A DNA stretch of 64,000 nucleotides from Spirochaetia bacterium (GTDB lineage: Bacteria; Spirochaetota; Spirochaetia; DSM-2461), in NCBI GenBank assembly GCA_963668315.1, contig OY764216.1, forward strand, positions 1,920,001 to 1,984,000, read 5' to 3'. Shown in pieces: positions 63,701-64,000 of this stretch. Positions within the stretch are counted from its first letter, which is position 1. Every line of letters begins with the position of its first letter. The position numbers and the translations under genes are program-made. Below the pieces are notes generated by a model that was not told where the DNA came from, made no database searches, and was given only the letters and a program-made list of their open reading frames with translations.

Positions 63701-64000
63701 TTTTCAGGACGAGGGGGGACCTTCGGTATTTCTGATCAGCCTGAAGGCCGGCGGGGTAGGTATCAATCTGACCGCCGCCGATTATGTCGTACTTCTCGAT
63801 CCCTGGTGGAATCCGGCAGTGGAGAATCAGGCGGTTGACCGGGCTCACCGCATAGGACAGAAACGATCCGTCATGGTATACAAGCCCATCGTCAAGGACA
63901 CGGTGGAGGAGAAGATCCTGGAGCTTCAGGAGAGCAAGAAACACCTGTCCGCCGAACTGATCAGCGAAGACCAGGGTTTCCTCAAATCCCTGACCCGAGA
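60720..64000 (+). CDS. SWIM zinc-finger SNF2-family helicase, 3' end outside the window
   Basis: ATG 60720 reads MTLSLSIADL...CSCTLCEEGGLCFH (SWIM), later LRPYQ, LADDMGLGKT, LDEAQ, LTGTPVEN, VLIFSQF, SLKAGGVGINL and DRAHRIGQ. No stop seen before the window end. Confidence 0.92.
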   Translation, partial: MTLSLSIADLAHRYPTDIVNRGIELYNQDRVGDLYFEEGRVESEVEEAGDIFYPRVSLNNRGIPVDTDCSCTLCEEGGLCFHITALLVKLINEKVQLVSLPERIPGAEILREERFDDFPVSPMERGLVSESLMPLASWEAEENLPVTSPREQGGEDRDIPGRERWKGVLNLRKRGDEWRVTPALLYIKKDGTYGRLDRNFNLARITEPLSSRERELFPLFEMMAYGGEEGVPFEKTARFLLGQAEEITLVDDGGEPFRLTRADRLGLSFDPVVFPAEGRGEEQMLFSPEFLLPARKEREPFPLENTLAFMGDSLFLVRERGAEILRYDTEGKGDLIGFLLSRRDKPLTPAEIRSFRNSWGSSFDDRLQWEFTPREIRRLNITPVTVLSGYDTGTGGCAFRLSFDYGERGVFFHDRNPARSRHQAPLRCRDEETEETLVLFRRNYPLEGEIHRWLENWFLTLFGTPPYDSPLSRLRGGYDFLVQKSLTDFLMERADELLDRGIELRLEKQKGRIRKKSGGVWQFRGTAYREWLSLSLTNTDEDLGQVDLEEFLQGGMLRAGSDLIIISSDEREKLKAILEKGELEEGKLILSPYDYEALDGIEESFGFSEEDDLVRIKERADRLKDFTRIEEMPLPRDFQGTLRPYQKGGFDWLHFLSRYGLGGCLADDMGLGKTVQTLCFLQSLKEEGRLGQALLLAPVTTLPNWKREAEKFTPSLVAVIHQGGGRSRTREDLSHADLVLSSYQTFLRDADWMREEQWRYLILDEAQAVKNWQSKTRHAVKAIQADFRLALTGTPVENGMVELWSLFDLLEPGLLGTLDMFRRRYQIPMERDGDKSRTDELRRRVAPLMLRRKKEEVLTDLPEKEETLVWLEMGDDQRSVYDKARKGFLALIEETLKDKEVTQAAMEILTALLRLRQLAVAPRLADSGYEEIGSCKMDFLEYFLDDLEAENHKVLIFSQFVSALKIVAGQMDRRGFSYAYLDGSTRDREGEINRFQDEGGPSVFLISLKAGGVGINLTAADYVVLLDPWWNPAVENQAVDRAHRIGQKRSVMVYKPIVKDTVEEKILELQESKKHLSAELISEDQGFLKSLTR

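Noticed and set aside
60720..64000. SNF2 helicase as part of an anti-phage defence system
   Set aside because: The SWIM-SNF2 architecture is the common standalone bacterial type and its upstream neighbours are an FHA protein and a polyprenyl synthase. Downstream context is not visible.

Overview
A 64-kb, mostly core-genome chromosomal segment from a bacterium, most likely a free-living spirochaete (order Spirochaetales). The taxonomy is inferred from gene content and style, not from a database search. The window contains the 3' end of arfB, two chemoreceptors, bcp, an oadG-A-B Na+-pumping decarboxylase operon, an M16 peptidase, a fungal-Hpt1-like purine phosphoribosyltransferase and a complete rRNA operon (16S-tRNA-Ile-23S-5S) with tandem promoters. 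Next come a mitochondrial-type aconitase, xth, adenosine deaminase, rlmB, nnr, a lytic transglycosylase, uppP, nrnA, tig-clpP-clpX-lon, four tRNAs and luxS. The last part holds an osmoadaptation cluster, a NifA/AnfA-like sigma-54 activator, a MerR regulator with a flavinylated lipoprotein reductase, SulP, and a SWIM-SNF2 helicase running off the end. I found no transposase, integrase, prophage or cas gene. Best leads: (i) a BCCT transporter with no canonical start codon, overlapping a cytoplasmic trypsin-fold protein lacking two catalytic-triad residues and facing MscS and a DUF432-like gene; (ii) a 37-bp palindromic tandem array upstream of the rrn promoters; (iii) a consensus sigma-54 promoter in front of the sigma-54 activator gene itself; (iv) a 19-bp-spacer MerR-type promoter in front of the extracytosolic reductase. 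All product calls come from motif recognition by eye.
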